Source: Callorhinchus milii (lineage: Eukaryota). From it: a stretch of 64,000 nucleotides of DNA. The notes below the pieces were generated by a model that was given only the letters and a program-made list of their open reading frames with translations, had not been told where the DNA came from and did no database searches. Position numbers and translations under genes: made by a program. Shown here piece by piece: positions 1 through 14,029 of this stretch (position 1 is its first letter; each line of letters begins with the position of its first letter). Location: assembly GCF_018977255.1 (NCBI RefSeq), contig NW_024704756.1, forward strand, positions 11,594,001 to 11,658,000, read 5' to 3'.

Positions 1-2089
1 AACAATGTATTACAGTACATGTCGCAAATCTAGGATTTGGTTTTGTACAGTTTTAATATCCAGCAACCTCATTATAATAAAAAATACTTTAGTTTGGTAA
101 GGTTTTCTCTTCCGTTTAGAGTACATTTCATCTGATAAAAACGCTTTGCTCCAAATAATATATTTATCCATTTAACTTCCACCCTTTTACTAAAAGCAGA
201 AAGCACCTGAGACCCACGCCTGTGGCATTAGGATTGAGAATTCCATACCTTCTGTTCCCTCAAGCAATGCCTGCTTTCAAAGCTTGTACATGACATGTAG
301 AAAGGGCCATTGCTCTTTCACTGAAAAGAAGAGAATCTCTGTCACACAGCTTCCCATTAGGATGCTCCACTACAGCCCTGTAATCACTACAGGGAAGCAG
401 AGTTAAAGTGAAGTAGGTCATTTTAGTGTCACACTGGTTTCCATGTAAATGGTGATTAAACAACAATACTTCATAGTAATACTGCCCCTGCTGCCTGTAT
501 TCACAGAAGCACATCTGTAGATAAGGCAGCTGAAAGTGTCATGGATGTTAGCAATAAGATTGTAGAATCCATTAGGTTACAATAATCAATCCACTTAATG
601 ACAAATACGATCTGTATTTATACAATGAAAATAACTATCAAATATATAAAGGCTGATTCATGGAATAAGGTCAGTTTTTTGAAGATGTCCATATGTCTTA
701 GAATGATAGCCTGTTCAGCTCCTAAAATAATCACATTAGACAATAAATTAGGTTAGCTACAAAAATCTGAGGGTATTCTCAATGGCTATAAATGTTACTG
801 AGCTTACAAATATCAAGTACCTTTTAACACATGAAACAAGTGAGTTATGGAGAATAAACAATCGAAAAGTAGGAATGTACTAGAAATGTAAGTCCACTGA
901 AGAACTCCAATATTGTTACTGAATAATAATAATAATATCCGATTTTATGAGGTACTCAAAGACTGGTAGTGCCAAGACTGGAATACTCTTATTCCAATTA
1001 GAATTAATGCTGCATTCATTCCAGAGGGAGAAAGAGCATTGATTCTGAAAAGTCTTTTGACAACAGAAAAATACATATGTTAGTGAATAAACCTATGAAG
1101 GGATGGAAATAATGATAAGAGTACATTTGTAAATGTGAAAATCTGTGTTATTCTTGCTCGTACTGGGTTAGTGTTACACAGGTGCCAAACAACTTGCCCA
1201 AGCAACTATTCTTCGTGTATATATCCAGACAATTGTCAGGATATTCAACATTTGAGGCATCAAAGCATAATAATATAACCTGATCTAATTCTCCCTTCAT
1301 AGATACCTTTCAGCAAAATTCATTGCATAGTGACCAGGCCCAGGGGATTTGGGCTAATTTCTGAAAATTATAACTTAACATGCAGTACGATACGCAGGAG
1401 TTATATTCTGGAGAAGCTGAGGAAAGTAGGATTTTAAATCCCCCTTTAAGAGACATTATCCATTCAAAAATTTGAAACCCTGAAGCCCCAATAAGATCCA
1501 TTGGTTGAAGAAAAAGTTGATAGTCAACAAAATACTGTACAAGATTGTGAACAATAAAGTTACTGTACATTAATATGTGTGCTTCTTTAAATGTAGATTT
1601 TAATCAGGATTTGTTCATAGTGAGGTTGATTTTCCAAATATAATATTTTTCTGCCTGAGAAACCCTGAACTCCCTTTACAAGTATAGCATTAACAATGTG
1701 TTATCAGGCCCAGCAGGTGGAGCTCTACTATCAGGTATATTATCTACCATTTTTTCCACCAATGCTTCATCTGCTAAGCACGTTTCTCTTGTTGGAAGGC
1801 TGTCCACGGTTTTCTCTCCAGTACCATGTCCAAGAAGCCAATATTCATGCCATAGGCTAAATTGTAAGGGTCAGCAGATTATTTAGATGTGGAGGTCAGT
1901 AGATCAGAATCCGACTCTACCCTTACCTGCTAATTGCTATGTATGTATATTTAAGTCTAACAGATGACACGAGAACAGTTGAATTTAAATGACGGTTTGT
2001 ACGACAGTGCAACAGTTTGCACATCATCCCTGTTCAGTTGAATCACATGTCTTGCGATAAATCTATAAATCTAATTTTCATGTTAATTC

Positions 2090-2499
2090 CTTGCTAGGAT
2101 CCACTGACTCCCTGTATACAAAAGAATCAATTTCATGATCCTCACCCTCACATACAAATTCCTTCATATCCTAGAACCTCCCTACCTGTCTGACCCTTTT
2201 GTACCCTCTGACCCACCCTTCATTCAGCTGGCTCGGGCGTTCTGTGCATCCTCCAACACGTCTGCCCCCTCCCCCCCCAAGGTGACCATGCCTTCAGCCA
2301 CTGTACCCTGAACCTATGGGAACTCCCTTCCTTAATCCCTCCACCTTGCGTTCTCTTTACCTGTCTTCAAATTGCATCTGATGACTTTCATCTTCGACCA
2401 TGCCTATGGTCACCCTCTGCTTTCTCCCTGGCTTGGCTTCAAACTCCACCATTGTTCAGTGAAAGAGCTTTATAAATGCACATTGTTGTTGCTGTTGTT
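2090..2499 (+). mobile_element. 5'-truncated, decayed L2-clade LINE (ORF2 C-terminus + 3'UTR)
   Basis: Frame reads ARIH*LPVYKRINFMILTLTYKFLHILEPPYLSD...GDHAFSH...FIFDHAYGHP, matching L2 C-terminal motifs (LHWLP..RI.FK...P.YLSDLL; G.RAFS; KT.LF); ends in a (GTT)n-like tail. Confidence 0.85.
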
Positions 2500-2989
2500 T
2501 TTCTAGATAACATTCTTTAATCATGACAACAACGGTCTCCTTTATCCAAAAAGATAGGTCATTCTGAACAAGGTTAAATACCTTTCTAACATTCATCGAC
2601 ATCAGTACTGATGGACAAGGTAAAAATAAATTTGCTCCTTAGATTTTCCTGCAGAAATTGATAAGTCTGGTGGAATTCAATTAAATGAAAGCGTAACAGT
2701 TTTCTTCTGTTTGAACAAGGTCAGAGCACTTTCCAATGCCACCTTCGAAATGTCTCTTTACATCACTAAAATAATTACACTCCTATGCAGTCGCACCATT
2801 GGAAAGTGAAGTTAATAGAAAATAGCTTGTTTCTTGGTTTCCTATGACTTGTACTTATGCGATAGTTCTCAAACAAAGACAGTTTTGTCATGCAAATTGT
2901 TAATTGTGTTAACAATGTTCAATTCCTGGGGTTATATGGTTGCCTAATCTCAGTTGTGGCAGTGAGGGGAAGTGTACTGCGTTGTACTT

Positions 2990-3050
2990 TCAGAGTCTGA
3001 GAAATGATTCTATGTGAAGGGTGCTATATAAATGCGAATTGTTGCTGTTG
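2990..3050 (+). mobile_element. L2/SINE 3' tail fragment
   Basis: gtgaagggtgctatataaatgcgaattgttgctgttg matches the shared tail. Confidence 0.6.
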
Positions 3051-3399
3051 ATGAGCTTGTGTGTAATACTCCTCGCTATCAAACAGATTGCCACCAATCA
3101 TTGTCAAGGCCCATAGATGAAGAATTGCCACTGGAAAAAAGTTAACAGAGGACTGTAATTTTCAGGCTCTACGTGGTCAAATATTGCCCTTCAGATTATA
3201 TCGGATCATAAACATAAACTGAAGTCTGTGAGATGCTGAAGGTATACTCTTCAGCATATTACTGGACATAGAGGCTTTACAATAGGAGCTTCTGTATTTT
3301 CCCAACAAAGTATTTATGCTGTGCCTCCGGCTTTCACACAAGATTCAGAGGCAGATTGCATTGAGAAGATCTTGATGATAGTTTCAGATGCACATACAT

Positions 3400-3655
3400 T
3401 TGTAGCACTGCTCTATGAACCCAGCACTGCACTGAAACCTATCATGGCAATACAAGAGCAGCTCCACAGTACAAAAATAGAACTGCCATATAAATACAGC
3501 AATGTTGTTTCAGCAGCATCGTAGTATAAGTCCAGCACCTCAGTATATACAGTCAGCAACACAGTATAGACAGGAATATAAATGTGGCACTGCAGTAGAA
3601 ACCCAGCACTGCAGTATAAATGTAACACTACAACTTGAACACTGCAGCACAAATT
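3400..3655. repeat. Degenerate minisatellite, ~19-bp unit CCAGCACTGCAGTATAAAT
   Basis: Recurrent cagcactgcagta / cagtata(a) motifs, e.g. ggcactgcagtagaaacccagcactgcagtataaat. Confidence 0.65.
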
Positions 3656-3689
3656 TATACCATCTCATTCCAGTGGCAATTCGTGCTTA

Positions 3690-3753
3690 AACAACAACAA
3701 CAACTTGCATTTATATAGCGCCCTTCATGTCGGACGGCATCTCGGAACGCTTA
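3690..3753 (-). mobile_element. Tail-only L2/SINE insertion with (GTT)n tail
   Basis: (aac)n-ttgcatttatatagcgcccttcatgtcgg; candidate TSD GCTTAA at 3685-3690 and 3749-3754. Confidence 0.8.
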
Positions 3754-3850
3754 ATTTTTTCCAGGGCTTTGGCCAGGAAGGGCAGGTTTGAAATGGGCAG
3801 ATTTAAAAGTTCTTGGATATGTTGAACCTTGAACTTTCAATATATTTTAG

Positions 3851-3923
3851 AAGCTAACACCTGATTTTGGAGTTCTGTGCAAAGGCAATTCATGAGCAGA
3901 ACTCCAAAATCAGGTGTTAGCTT
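3851..3923. repeat. Perfect 27-bp inverted repeat with 19-nt spacer
   Basis: aagctaacacctgattttggagttctg (3851-3877) is the exact reverse complement of 3897-3923. Confidence 0.97.
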
Positions 3924-6669
3924 TTTTATAGCCCTCAACCTTGTAATATAAACCTGGATTCCCGCTCTACTCTTAGAAGTGAAATATAAACAAGACATTT
4001 CTGTTTACATGGGAAAGTTTAACGATATTATTTTTCAATCTAGGCACTGTCAGTTTATAAAAAGAATAACAACATTCTTTTTATTGGAAGCATTGAATGA
4101 AAAATCCTTCTTGCGTCACACTTAAAACACGTGGAATTTAGAGTAAAAAAAAACATTCTTCCTGTGTCGTACTTCGAAAGATGTGGAATTTTTTTTAAGA
4201 AAAAGGCATTGCTGTTTTTTTGCTGACTGGTATTGTTTGGTTGCTCAGCATGCTGAACAGAATCCCATTTTAAAAGGTAGAAATTTGCCCTCTCACTGAC
4301 AAGCTTTGAAAACTTCTCTGCCTCCTGTACCTTTCCCCAGCTGCCTTCCACCCCTCAACACCCACCACCATCTACCCATGGTGCCCTATTGTCAGCAGTT
4401 CTTGTTTCTCTGGGGTGGAGTTGCAGGAGGCAGCCACGGGTGCCATGACGGGCACCTGCAGGCTTCACAAAGAGTTTGGGTGCTCATAGGAGAGACAGAT
4501 TGATGTATTGTGCGCAGAGGGAGGGGGGGTGTCATTGTTATCCATGTGAACCAAGGGTCTGGGGGCAGTCAAGATTGACAGTCTTTGTAAGGTTGCTTTT
4601 TTCAGTGCTTCAACTTAATAGGCAGTAAGTCAGGGGCCCAGGGTTTCACTGCTGCGTTTCGTACTAGGCAATCATGGGCATTCAGCTCCGAGCTCATTAC
4701 GCATTTGAGTGCAGCTCTGAATACTCTGAGTAGGGGAATGCAGGCTGTTAATGAGAATTTGTTGTCTGAAAGTGAGAGTGTGGGTTCTTCCAGGACAACA
4801 AAGTTCCACTATAGGAAGTGTCACATATACAAAGCCTTTGTTGTCATTCTTCCCGATTGCATTATCTGGCCAATATGTGACATGTTGATTCTTTTGATAT
4901 AGATTAACTGAAAAACACTAATTCCTACTTTATTCATGAGAAAAGAATTATAATGCAAGTAATAGAGTTGGTTCATCATACCCATCATGTAATGCTCCTG
5001 TATTAGTTTTTTTTGATTTATTTGGCTTGCATTTCTGCAAATGCAAAACAATTTTTAACTTATGTTTCATCTGGTAAGTCTACAATGTTTTTAAAGTCTG
5101 TATTTCCACCTCCATTTATACAGAAACCTATTACAAGTGCATAATGATAGTTTATAGATATAATTTTTCAGTTAATTTATTGAGTTCCAATTTCGCAACA
5201 AGTTTTGTAAGCTTTTTTATAGTCTAGTGAATTAAATGCATACATTGAATAATATGCAGAAGAAATCCATACCCTGAATAAATGCATAAATGTGCACTAA
5301 AATATGAATAGTCACGTATTCTACATTCTCTAGATTTTTTTATTTGTGTTTTTGTTTTACTTTTGTTACTTTCCTTCAAAACAATCAACACCAAATTACC
5401 AAAAACAAACTCCGAAACCTAACAGAGTTTTGTTGAAAACATTTTTTAAATGAAAATGTATCCATAGTTTTGCATTTCCTTTTGTACCTTGTTATTTTTT
5501 GGATAATCTTAGTCTATACTTTATCGTCGCTTTGTCGAAGTGCTAAATCTTATTTGGTTTCATGGTCCATGTAACTAATGGTATTTAGCAGCACACAAAC
5601 CAAGTGGTGTGTTTTAAAACCCCTCCCCCGCTTTAGTGATGGTTGAGGGTTTCTATGGTGTGCACCTGTGGAGATGCAGGGCCAGTTTTAAAGGGACAAC
5701 ATTTTCAGGAAAAAGTGTGTGGCTATTTTTGTGTGGCTGTTTGCAAATCTCGTCATTGTGTGAGTTACGCATGAGATCATCCTAATGAAAATGGCACAGA
5801 ACTCCTCTGCTCCCTTCAGCAAATACAAGTTTGCTAAACTATTCACATAAAAGCAGCAGCATTGCACATATTATCAATATAACTGTATTGGTTTTGGACT
5901 ATGCCACTGAGCATTTTCATAAGTAGATTTTTTAAATCAGTTTCATTTACCTTTAATAACATTTGGATTTGAGGTTTTTTTAAAAAAAATATTCTCTTGA
6001 TCAAGAAACAAATGACTCTTTAAACAAAACAAAGGCTGTTAAGCCAACTGAAGATGAGAGCAATGAAAGGGGAATTGAACATTTTTAAAAAAAAATTAAG
6101 TCAGTAACAATAAATAAAATCTCGTTAAGTAAAAGAGAATTCATTTTTAAAAAACTTAGCAACAAGTTGAAATCCCCAAATTGATTACACGACGAGTGAT
6201 AAGGTCAGAGTTCAGGCAAAAAAAAATCCCCTTACTTCCATCTACAAGATGATGGCTATAAATTAAATAGAGACTGGGGCAGAATTATACTTTGGACACT
6301 AAATGTGACATGTACCCAATGCAATATACGTTATTCCTTTCATTAAATATCATCCTAGGATTCCTACATGACTATTGAGGAAATAAGGACAGAGCAAGGA
6401 ATTCTGTCTAGTATAAGTTGACAGGTGCTGTACAGACATTTAATGCCAAACTATTCTAAGAATTACTATTGTCCACTTACAGATTCAGATGGGGAAATGT
6501 TTAAAGCCAATTCCTGCAAATATAGATAGATCCCTGTAACTAATCAATAAGAAATCTTGAATAGAACTGAGACCATTTTAATTATTTTCAAAACTTTTAT
6601 GTATGTGATCGAGAGCATGGGTAAGAGAACAAATGCATATTTTAAGATTGGTATTCTTATCTATCCAAC

Positions 6670-7000
6670 AGTTTGAAAGCATGCTGGAGGGGTATCTAAA
6701 ATATTCTCTGATGGTGCATAATTGTGTGTTTCCAGCCAAATATATTCTTGGCATCTAAGTTGCCTTGAAATAATTATTGGGAATAAAATTCTATGCTGGG
6801 TACTTTAAATGTAGTTGGTTCACTTACACCACTGAACCCAGTCTATCTGTCCTGTTCCTCCCATTTCCAATCGCCCTTGCTCCAATGTTGTATTATGTTG
6901 GAAATAGATCAGATTGTGAGAAAATACAAGTTTAGCATTTATCCAGGTGGTGTCAGTTTTATGGCTGGATGTCCTAAAATCTTATTTATTTTGCAGTGTT
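6670..7000 (+). mobile_element. Possible very old LINE (L2-like) reverse transcriptase relic
   Basis: SPLLQCCIMLEIDQIVRKYKFSIYPGGVSF loosely follows L2 RT GPLLFSLYMLPLGQIIRKHG.SFH.YADDTQLY; catalytic motif not preserved. Confidence 0.3.
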
Positions 7001-10000
7001 TATTTATTAGGATTTTCAATGTAAATCAATTGTAAAGACACATAAATTCTCAATAGAATTTGTCCGAATTGTCTACTTAATCCAGGAATCAAGTCCCCAG
7101 TCAAGTGTTGATTTACATTAAAAAGAATTTGCAGTGATTATGTTGTCTTTATTAATACTTAGTATAGATATCATTATCCACCAGCTTCAAGGAAATGCCT
7201 AGCTATTGATGTCCATCATGATACTTGCCAATGGCAAAATATGAATTAGAAATGCTTCCTTTAACTTTCCTAAAATAGCTGATAAAAGCAAACCAAAGGC
7301 ACATGTGAGTGATAATCATATCTGGGTTCATGTGGTAGGTATAAGCCATTGATTTACTCTATTCTGATGCTAAATGTACTGCTCAACAAAATTGTTGGGC
7401 TGGCATCATTTTGTGGTCTCTGTTATTTTCTACTTTCAGGACAGAACAAGTGGAACACATGATTGAAAATTAATGAAAATTAGTGATTGATTTTTGGACT
7501 GACATCTTGTGAACACAGCTGAGCTTCAAATAATTATGGACCCGACCCACGAGAGACCTTATGTCCTGAAAATTATCTTTCCCATTACTTGTGTCCTACT
7601 TATACCTCACACTCCTCTGATGCCACCACTTCTAAGTAGCCAGAGCGAAGCAAAACGTGAAAGCATAACTCAGTTTGAGCAATCATGCAGCTGTAATACT
7701 TGTGTGGGTGACAGTGATGTTGCTCACTGATGTGTAGCAGTTACTCAGTTTCCTTTAACAGCAACTGACGTAGCATTTACATTTGAAAATATTGATCCCC
7801 GTGGTGTTTTGTTCAGTTTCAGGGAGAAGGCGATGCTTTTGAGAGTGGATTATGTTTTTTTAATAAATGCTTCTGTAAGGAGAGGAAAGTGGACATTGCC
7901 CAGAACAAGACTCAGCACTTTGATAATCATATGTAGTGCTGATTGAACAAACTAAAACACTAAGCAGTCTAGTATGCATAAAGTGACACAGTGATATGCA
8001 TAATGTTGCTGAACAAAACTCTTTTTAAAAAAGGACCAAAAATATGTTAAAACGATACCGACAGCTATTGGCTGATTTCAGTTATCTTTAATCAAAAGGG
8101 AACTTGTAACCCAGGTTCACATAACATTAGCAACAATTGTTCCGAAATAAAAGTTATAAGCAGATTTCATATCAGTTTTTACCAGATTTTTTTCGTCTAT
8201 CAGCTGTAAAATTGGATATACGCACATTGTGTTCTACTGACATGAATGGAATGTCGGAAACATCCATGGCAATTGCATCCAATATTCAAAAACAGTAAGA
8301 ATCTCAGAAAATGTATTGCGTAGTTAAAAAAAAAGGTTCATCATCACAAATAATTCAAATTTAACTTTGTTTTGATGAATTCACCCCTGGCCTTGCTGCA
8401 CAATGATTTCACTGTTCATTGCTAAATGATTACCTGGTTGATTCTAAGTGGATCCAATTAGAACTGCAGCATAAACAGAGGACGGTGTATGGATTGAAAC
8501 AACAAGAAGAATAGCCAAATACATTGGAATCTTACTTTCCCTTTAGGACTGCCATTTTGAGATGTAGGTGCTTCGGGGTTTCGGCCATTTCATTTGAGTG
8601 TACCAGTGTTGGCCAAGCCCACTTGCCGTCTTCAATGCTGCAGTCGCTCTCTTAGAAGTGGAACCTCTGATTTGACACAGAATTAAACGGTGATTCTGAT
8701 TCTTTTTTATTTTAAAGCTTGGGAGTAGGTGAAATTCCATTGAATTAACAAAAAATAATCAATTGGAGGTCACTGCTATAAAAGGCGTGGCCACATTTTC
8801 CTACTGGCCTTGCATATCATAGTAATCTGTCTGTCTGGCTGTCAGTCTGAATTTATGCAGCGATGCCAACATACATTGTCTATACATGGGCAGCTCAATT
8901 CTAAATGGCACTACTCTGCTGATGACTTTGGAAATCTTACATTTAGCCGGTACAGTACTCACTTAGGATATGATGAAAAGACTTCTGTTTAAACACATTA
9001 GACATTTTGCTGCACACAGTAGCGTTCCTAACAAATGCAACTTTGGTGGCCTTGACCTTCCCTAGTATGGAAAGCTTGTGATGTGAGACTCAACCCCAAG
9101 GTCCCTGTTTCACGGCTAGTTTTTATGAATAGCTCTGTCTGAGGAGATTGTTCTGTAAGAAAAGTTCACATGATGGATTTTGAATGATCAGTTTCTTTGG
9201 CTGCTCAGTGGGGAAGATCAGTTTGGAACAGATCATTCATGGGTTTATGTTTGGATGAAAGCTGTCACAGCAGACAAGTACTTGGTAAACAGCGTGAACA
9301 AGGACTTAAACGAGAAAACCAACAGAGTGGACAACTCTGCAATAGACATTTTGTTTCCTCACAATATATTAAATAATAGCTTAGGGCAAAGTTGACTTAA
9401 GTAGTTTGGGCAATGTTTTAGGCAAAATATACTCAGAATTGTAATTTATGTTTCAAATAAATCAGTAAACATAAAATACGTGGAGGCATTTTCCAAAGTA
9501 TTTACCTTGCACTCCTTTTTTTCTTATGCATGTTGTAGTTTTCAAGTTAAACTTCAATAATAAAGCTAATTGTCTGATTCTCTTGACTATAACAATAGAG
9601 AACACCATTCTTTTATCTGTTTATCTATCTTTTCATTACTGCAGTCAAGCCCCACTTAGGTCAACTCAATTTTACCATAGGAAGTGCTTGGAATAAAAGA
9701 AAAGTGATACTATCAGAAATACGCTGCAATCAAGACAGATTGAGACAGCTACAAAAATAAATCTTCAGAAACTAAATTTAGTAGAGAGCATTTTAACAGA
9801 TTTCTGCTGTATGTAACATACATTTAACTAAAATTGTTGTTCCCAAAAGTTCATGATGTTAGAGAAACAATTAATATTAAGAAATACATCAATAACAGAG
9901 ATTTTTAATCCAAGAGGTATTCCTTCCTTTCAACTTTGTATCTTTCTCAATTGTTGACAAACTTTAATATTTTGAATCATTTACTATGGAAAAAAGCAAC

Positions 10001-13000
10001 GTAATATAGAAGTTCTTCATTTATGATACCCAAGAAGAAGTAAATGATCTGAAATAAAACAAACTTTATTGTTTTATCTTTGATGTTGTACATTTCTTAC
10101 AGATAAACTCAGGTTCTTAGTACGTTTGAGGTATTGAATGGTTTATTTTGGGGTAGATAAAACCAAAAATAAAATAATGTGTGGACTCCTAATACATAAA
10201 ACTATTAAATATTACATATTGCTTGAATACTATAATAGATTAAAGCAGTTTGAATAATAAGATGAATAAGCAACAAACTGCAGGTGTTTTTCTTGTACAT
10301 TTAACTATGGTTAACATAATTCCATATATTATAGTTTGACAGTTTATATTTCAGAAATGTGCGATAGATCCAGTAAACTATAACATTTTAATTATTATTA
10401 TTTAAAGAACAGTTACTCTTTTTGATTCAATATAAGGCTGTTCAGTACAAATTACAACAAAACATTGTTTTTTTGTGCAGTGTTCCACATTACACTTTAT
10501 TGATATTCCTAAAAATGGTAAAATGCAAAGTGCTGTTTTCACTGTCCAGTATCTGGAATCTACTTTAGAGCCATGGATTTGGAAAAGTTTGGGATACATG
10601 CAAAGAAATGTTGCACACACTATTAATACAATTTTGATTTGCAGCCGATGTGGGGTGACAAAGAGTGGGTCCTACCCCTTTAAAATAAGTTTGATGGCTC
10701 TGAAATGCAGTAAATATTCTGCATCTGATGGAATAGAAGAGAATGTGACTTTTGCATTGAAAGTGTCTGAAGCGGTGTTGAATGAAGCTAATTTGCCTGT
10801 GAAAAGAGTGCTTCTATTAGTCATGTCAGGGAGCTGTCAGATCGAATTGAGGAGCCCACAGTCCTTCTTTTATCAGCCTTTAGCAACTCAAGCAAGCAGG
10901 GCGATCAATAACTCCCAATTTGGAGAAGAAAGTCAAGCGAAAGAAACTGGGGTTTGTGAAAAAGCAACGGATTTTGTCAAGGGGAAATAATTGACAGGAG
11001 GGGGGAAATGGTGAAAGCTTCATCCAGCAGTACTAAATCTCAAGGATCTTTTCTGTTTTAAAAAGTAAACATCATCAAATAACGGCATCTAAGAATTGTA
11101 ATAAATTATTTGGAATTTTAAGCAAAAAACCTCTTGAAATTGTAAATTGAATTTGAAATGTATTAAATCTCCTTTTTTATTTATTTACTCCAAATAGTGG
11201 GTTATATCTGTATCAGTGGTCAATACAATTATTTTTATCACCATGTTTTAAATGTTAGCCTTCTAAATCAACAGGAACAATCTGCTGTATGTCTGACTTG
11301 CATTTTAAGGGTTGATGGTATTCAAAATGATTTGCTGGTCACCTCCCTCTCAGAAGTTCCATGGTGAAAATCTACAAGCATCACAACATACCACAGGATG
11401 CACTTTGCACAGGTTCAAGAGATCTTTTTGCATCTAAATTTGATTTGCATTAGAATTTATATGGGCAGATAAAATGTCTCTCACACACAAATGTGAATTG
11501 TCAGATTAAAATTAACCAAAGCAAATGATAACTGCTCTTCTGTACTTGTTTCTGTGACTTTGATGGGAAAGCTTGCAAAGCCACAATCAGGATGATCAGT
11601 TGCTACAAGAGAATTAAGACTTTATTCTTTGACCCTAAGCATTATGATCAGTTTTTAAAAGTGCCAGCTTTTTGTAAGCATACATCGCATACAGTGAAGC
11701 TCTTGGTGTGTTCAGTTGCTGGACTGGAAACCCTTAAGCATCGCCAGAGGTTTTAGCATGTGTCAGATACTCGGCTGATCCAAAAAAGTTTGCTAACTAA
11801 CTTTTTGTGATTAAAAACGAATCAGTCATGTTTAATGAGTGCCTTCAAAATGAAATTCCAATTTAAATACTCCTGAATCAAATCAATATTTGCAGTCATT
11901 GCTAAATATCATTGTTATAGAATAGTGATGTATACCCTATAATTCAAATTAGCTTTCGGCAAATACTGTGCACATTTTTCATTCCATCAAAAGAGCGTTT
12001 TAGTTTTATCAACTTAGAAGTCTTGAGGCTGTTGGAAACATTTCGCAGATCATTTCCCAGTGAGTTGTTCTTTGTCTTTCCGCTTGGTGGATGAAAGGAA
12101 TTGGTTCATTTAGATCATCAATCGGATTTATAAATCATCACTAATTTAAGAGGGTATTTAACGCTTAATTGAATATTCCCATTGTATCCGATCATTGTTC
12201 TAGAGAGAGACAGACGATGCCCAGCAACAAGGGCACAGATTGGTAACAGAGGGCACTTTTCCCATACAATGTAACTAACTGAACCATATATTTTCAGGAT
12301 TTTACAAAGAATTCAAGTGATCAGTACTTGCTTTGAGTAAATCTTGGAACTTTAATATATTCTTTTCAGAAATAAAGATCTTTGGTCTTGTCAAGTATAT
12401 TAAAGATGAGAATCTTTAAAGCCTCATCTGAAAGGATGTTGTTAAACTCTGTAAACACACAGAGTCCGCATTTAATTTACTGTAATTATTTTATTTCAAA
12501 TTGTCACTTTAGTTATATTTATTGTTATCAAGCACCCTGCAATCAGGCGAAGAGAAACTTGACAACTTGCTGGTTTGTTGTTTGAGTACATGAATCTAAC
12601 TAGCATTAAATAAATACAGGTAGTTCATTCTTGATTTGCCTTCGCAAATAACACAAATGGAAACTGGCTATAAAGATGTATCATATTGTATCAATAACTT
12701 GTTTTTTTCTGTAAAAGTATAATTTGTGGCATTTCAAAGAGTGCCATACAGTTGGAATGAACTGAAAATTAAATGGACTTGTTAAATGAAACCTTATCAT
12801 TGCCCTGAAATAATAAACTTGAATGGTAAGGGAAAACATTTTCCCACTGTTTCAACTGGCTGAGCTCTTACGTTTCAAAACATGAAGAATAATATTCTGG
12901 GCTTTTTTTACTAAAAAAAAATGCATTTGAAACATTGGTTTTGAAACATATATTGAAATTCAAGTCCTTTGAAACTCAAGCTTGTGATGGCATGCTTTCC

Positions 13001-13968
13001 AATTCAATAAAATTTGGTCAGACGTAACTTAATGAGAATTATTTTAGAAAAGACTTTCTCCACACTTTGCAAAGGAAAAGGTTATACTAAATGCTGCTGC
13101 AAATATATTTAGAGCACATTTTATAGAATACATGTTAATTATAATATATTGGAAATCATACTATTATCGGATCTGCCTTTAAATTTACCCCACACTCTTT
13201 TTCTGCTGTGAGAATCCTACATGGAATAAATGTATGTAGTCTCAGTCCAACTCCTAATGGGTGCAAGTCCACAGCACAAAATTGCACACAATTCAACACT
13301 AATTGGCATGAAATTGTAGGTTGCATTCAGAGAGACTACAGGGATGGCTGGTGTGGGAGCTGGAAATGTCACACGAGTGCTGTAGGGGGTGCTCTTTTGA
13401 GGTTGGAAGGGGGGATTAAAGCACATTATGAGGCTGAAAAGATTGCATTAACCCATGTTATAGCTGCTACAGCAACTGATTCTGGCGCTGAATGTCCAAA
13501 GGGGAACAATGTTCTCTTCCTCAACACTGCCAATCCTCACTCTGCAAAATTGTTCCCTCTCAGCCTGAGAAATAAAAGAATGGTGCAAACTGAACAGAGA
13601 ATAGTGGATGCTTGCGAATATGGTTAAACAATGTGATACATAAAGAGGTACTAAAAGCATCTTGTTCAAATTGAACTATTGTATTTATTAAATATTACAT
13701 GTACATTCTAATGAGTACCCTTATTGTGGCAGAAAGGTTTACAGTTACTACTTGGAGGTTTCACCTACCCGTGATGCAAATACCTTTGGAACAATTTGTT
13801 TAATTGCATCATGGAAGAGGAAGATGGGACTTCACAGGAGCCAGGTCCTTCTCTGTATCAGTGTTGTTTCTGAGAAAGTATCTTTCGTGGTTAAACAAAG
13901 TAATATGGGGTATAGATGAGTTTGAAATAACACACCTCCATATTATATGGACATTATGAGTAAATTAC

Positions 13969-14029
13969 AGCGCCTTGGGACGTCCTCCCGACGTGAAAGG
14001 CGCTATACAAATGTAATCTTGTCGCTGTT
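13969..14029 (+). mobile_element. Tail-only L2-type insertion (3' stem-loop)
   Basis: agcgccttgggacgtcctcccgacgtgaaaggcgctatacaaatg; candidate TSD TTACA at 13965-13969 and 14028-14032. Confidence 0.85.

Noticed and set aside
10475-10990. Longest ORF (171 aa)
   Set aside because: GTG start, no recognisable domain, no convincing splice structure; consistent with chance
13208-13669. Overlapping ORFs, with a possible minus-strand acceptor near 13564
   Set aside because: No recognisable protein and no good donor site
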